Source: Octopus sinensis
Lineage: Eukaryota
Length of the DNA: 64,000 bases
NCBI RefSeq assembly: GCF_006345805.1
Contig: NC_043011.1
Span: 55,750,464 to 55,814,463 of the forward strand
Reading direction: 5' to 3'
The translations under genes and the position numbers were made by a program. A model generated the notes under the pieces. It saw only the letters and a list, made by a program, of their open reading frames with translations, was not told where the DNA came from and searched no databases. Shown in pieces: positions 63,601 to 64,000 of the stretch (position 1 is its first letter; the number at the start of each line of letters is the position of its first letter).

Positions 63601-64000
63601 GCTTTGTACATTCAGTCTTTATAACAGGATTAGTGTTTTGTAGATTGAGTTTCTGTTGTGAATAGAATTCAGCACAGAACAAGCAACAGAAGTTTTCTCA
63701 GTTGAAATTCTTCGTAAAGTGATACATGAGACTTTTCCAAGATCAGCAAATGCATGCTGCAGCATGTCAGATGAAGTCTTAAGAGAGAAGGGAGATGAGA
63801 CTTTCCCAAGATCAGCAAATGCATATGCTGCAGTACTTAATGTTGGATCATTAAAACAACATTTTAATGATTAGACAGAGAATAGCTCTCAGAAACAGAC
63901 TACATACAAATTTGTTCTTCACAACTCTTGGAGCTGCTTTCAGATATAATCCATCCCATTCTTATAAAAATGGTAATTTTGTCCAAATTGGTGTGCTAAG

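Overview
AT-rich eukaryotic genomic DNA, not prokaryotic: no operons, no CRISPR, no true tRNA or rRNA genes. The repeat content (RTE 3' ends with (GAT)n tails, several tRNA-headed SINE families, CR1 fragments, dense microsatellites) strongly suggests Octopus; this is inferred from repeat recognition, not from a search. One protein-coding gene is supported, on the minus strand: a BNIP2/caytaxin(ATCAY)/PRUNE2-family protein with a C-terminal BCH (CRAL-TRIO-like) domain. I built it by hand from eight GT-AG exons with mutually consistent phases (32369-32476, 16274-16469, 12344-12547, 11480-11638, 7402-7504, 6478-6609, 4787-4873, 2750-2848) plus an uncertain last exon. Its 5' end is not identified. 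The rest is intronic or intergenic DNA with SINEs, LINE fragments (RTE, CR1, Jockey-group, HERO-like), a full-length decayed mariner, a non-autonomous Helitron and a probable Academ-like remnant. Most listed ORFs are repeat-derived artefacts. Best leads: (1) a tRNA-headed SINE carrying a Penelope-type minimal hammerhead ribozyme, sense to the pre-mRNA; (2) a candidate 3-nt microexon (CAG|AAG|GTAAGT) adding one Glu in the BCH region, next to an inverted RTE pair; (3) a near-perfect 366-bp fold-back hairpin; (4) an inverted pair of a ~270-bp structured element with partial hammerhead cores.
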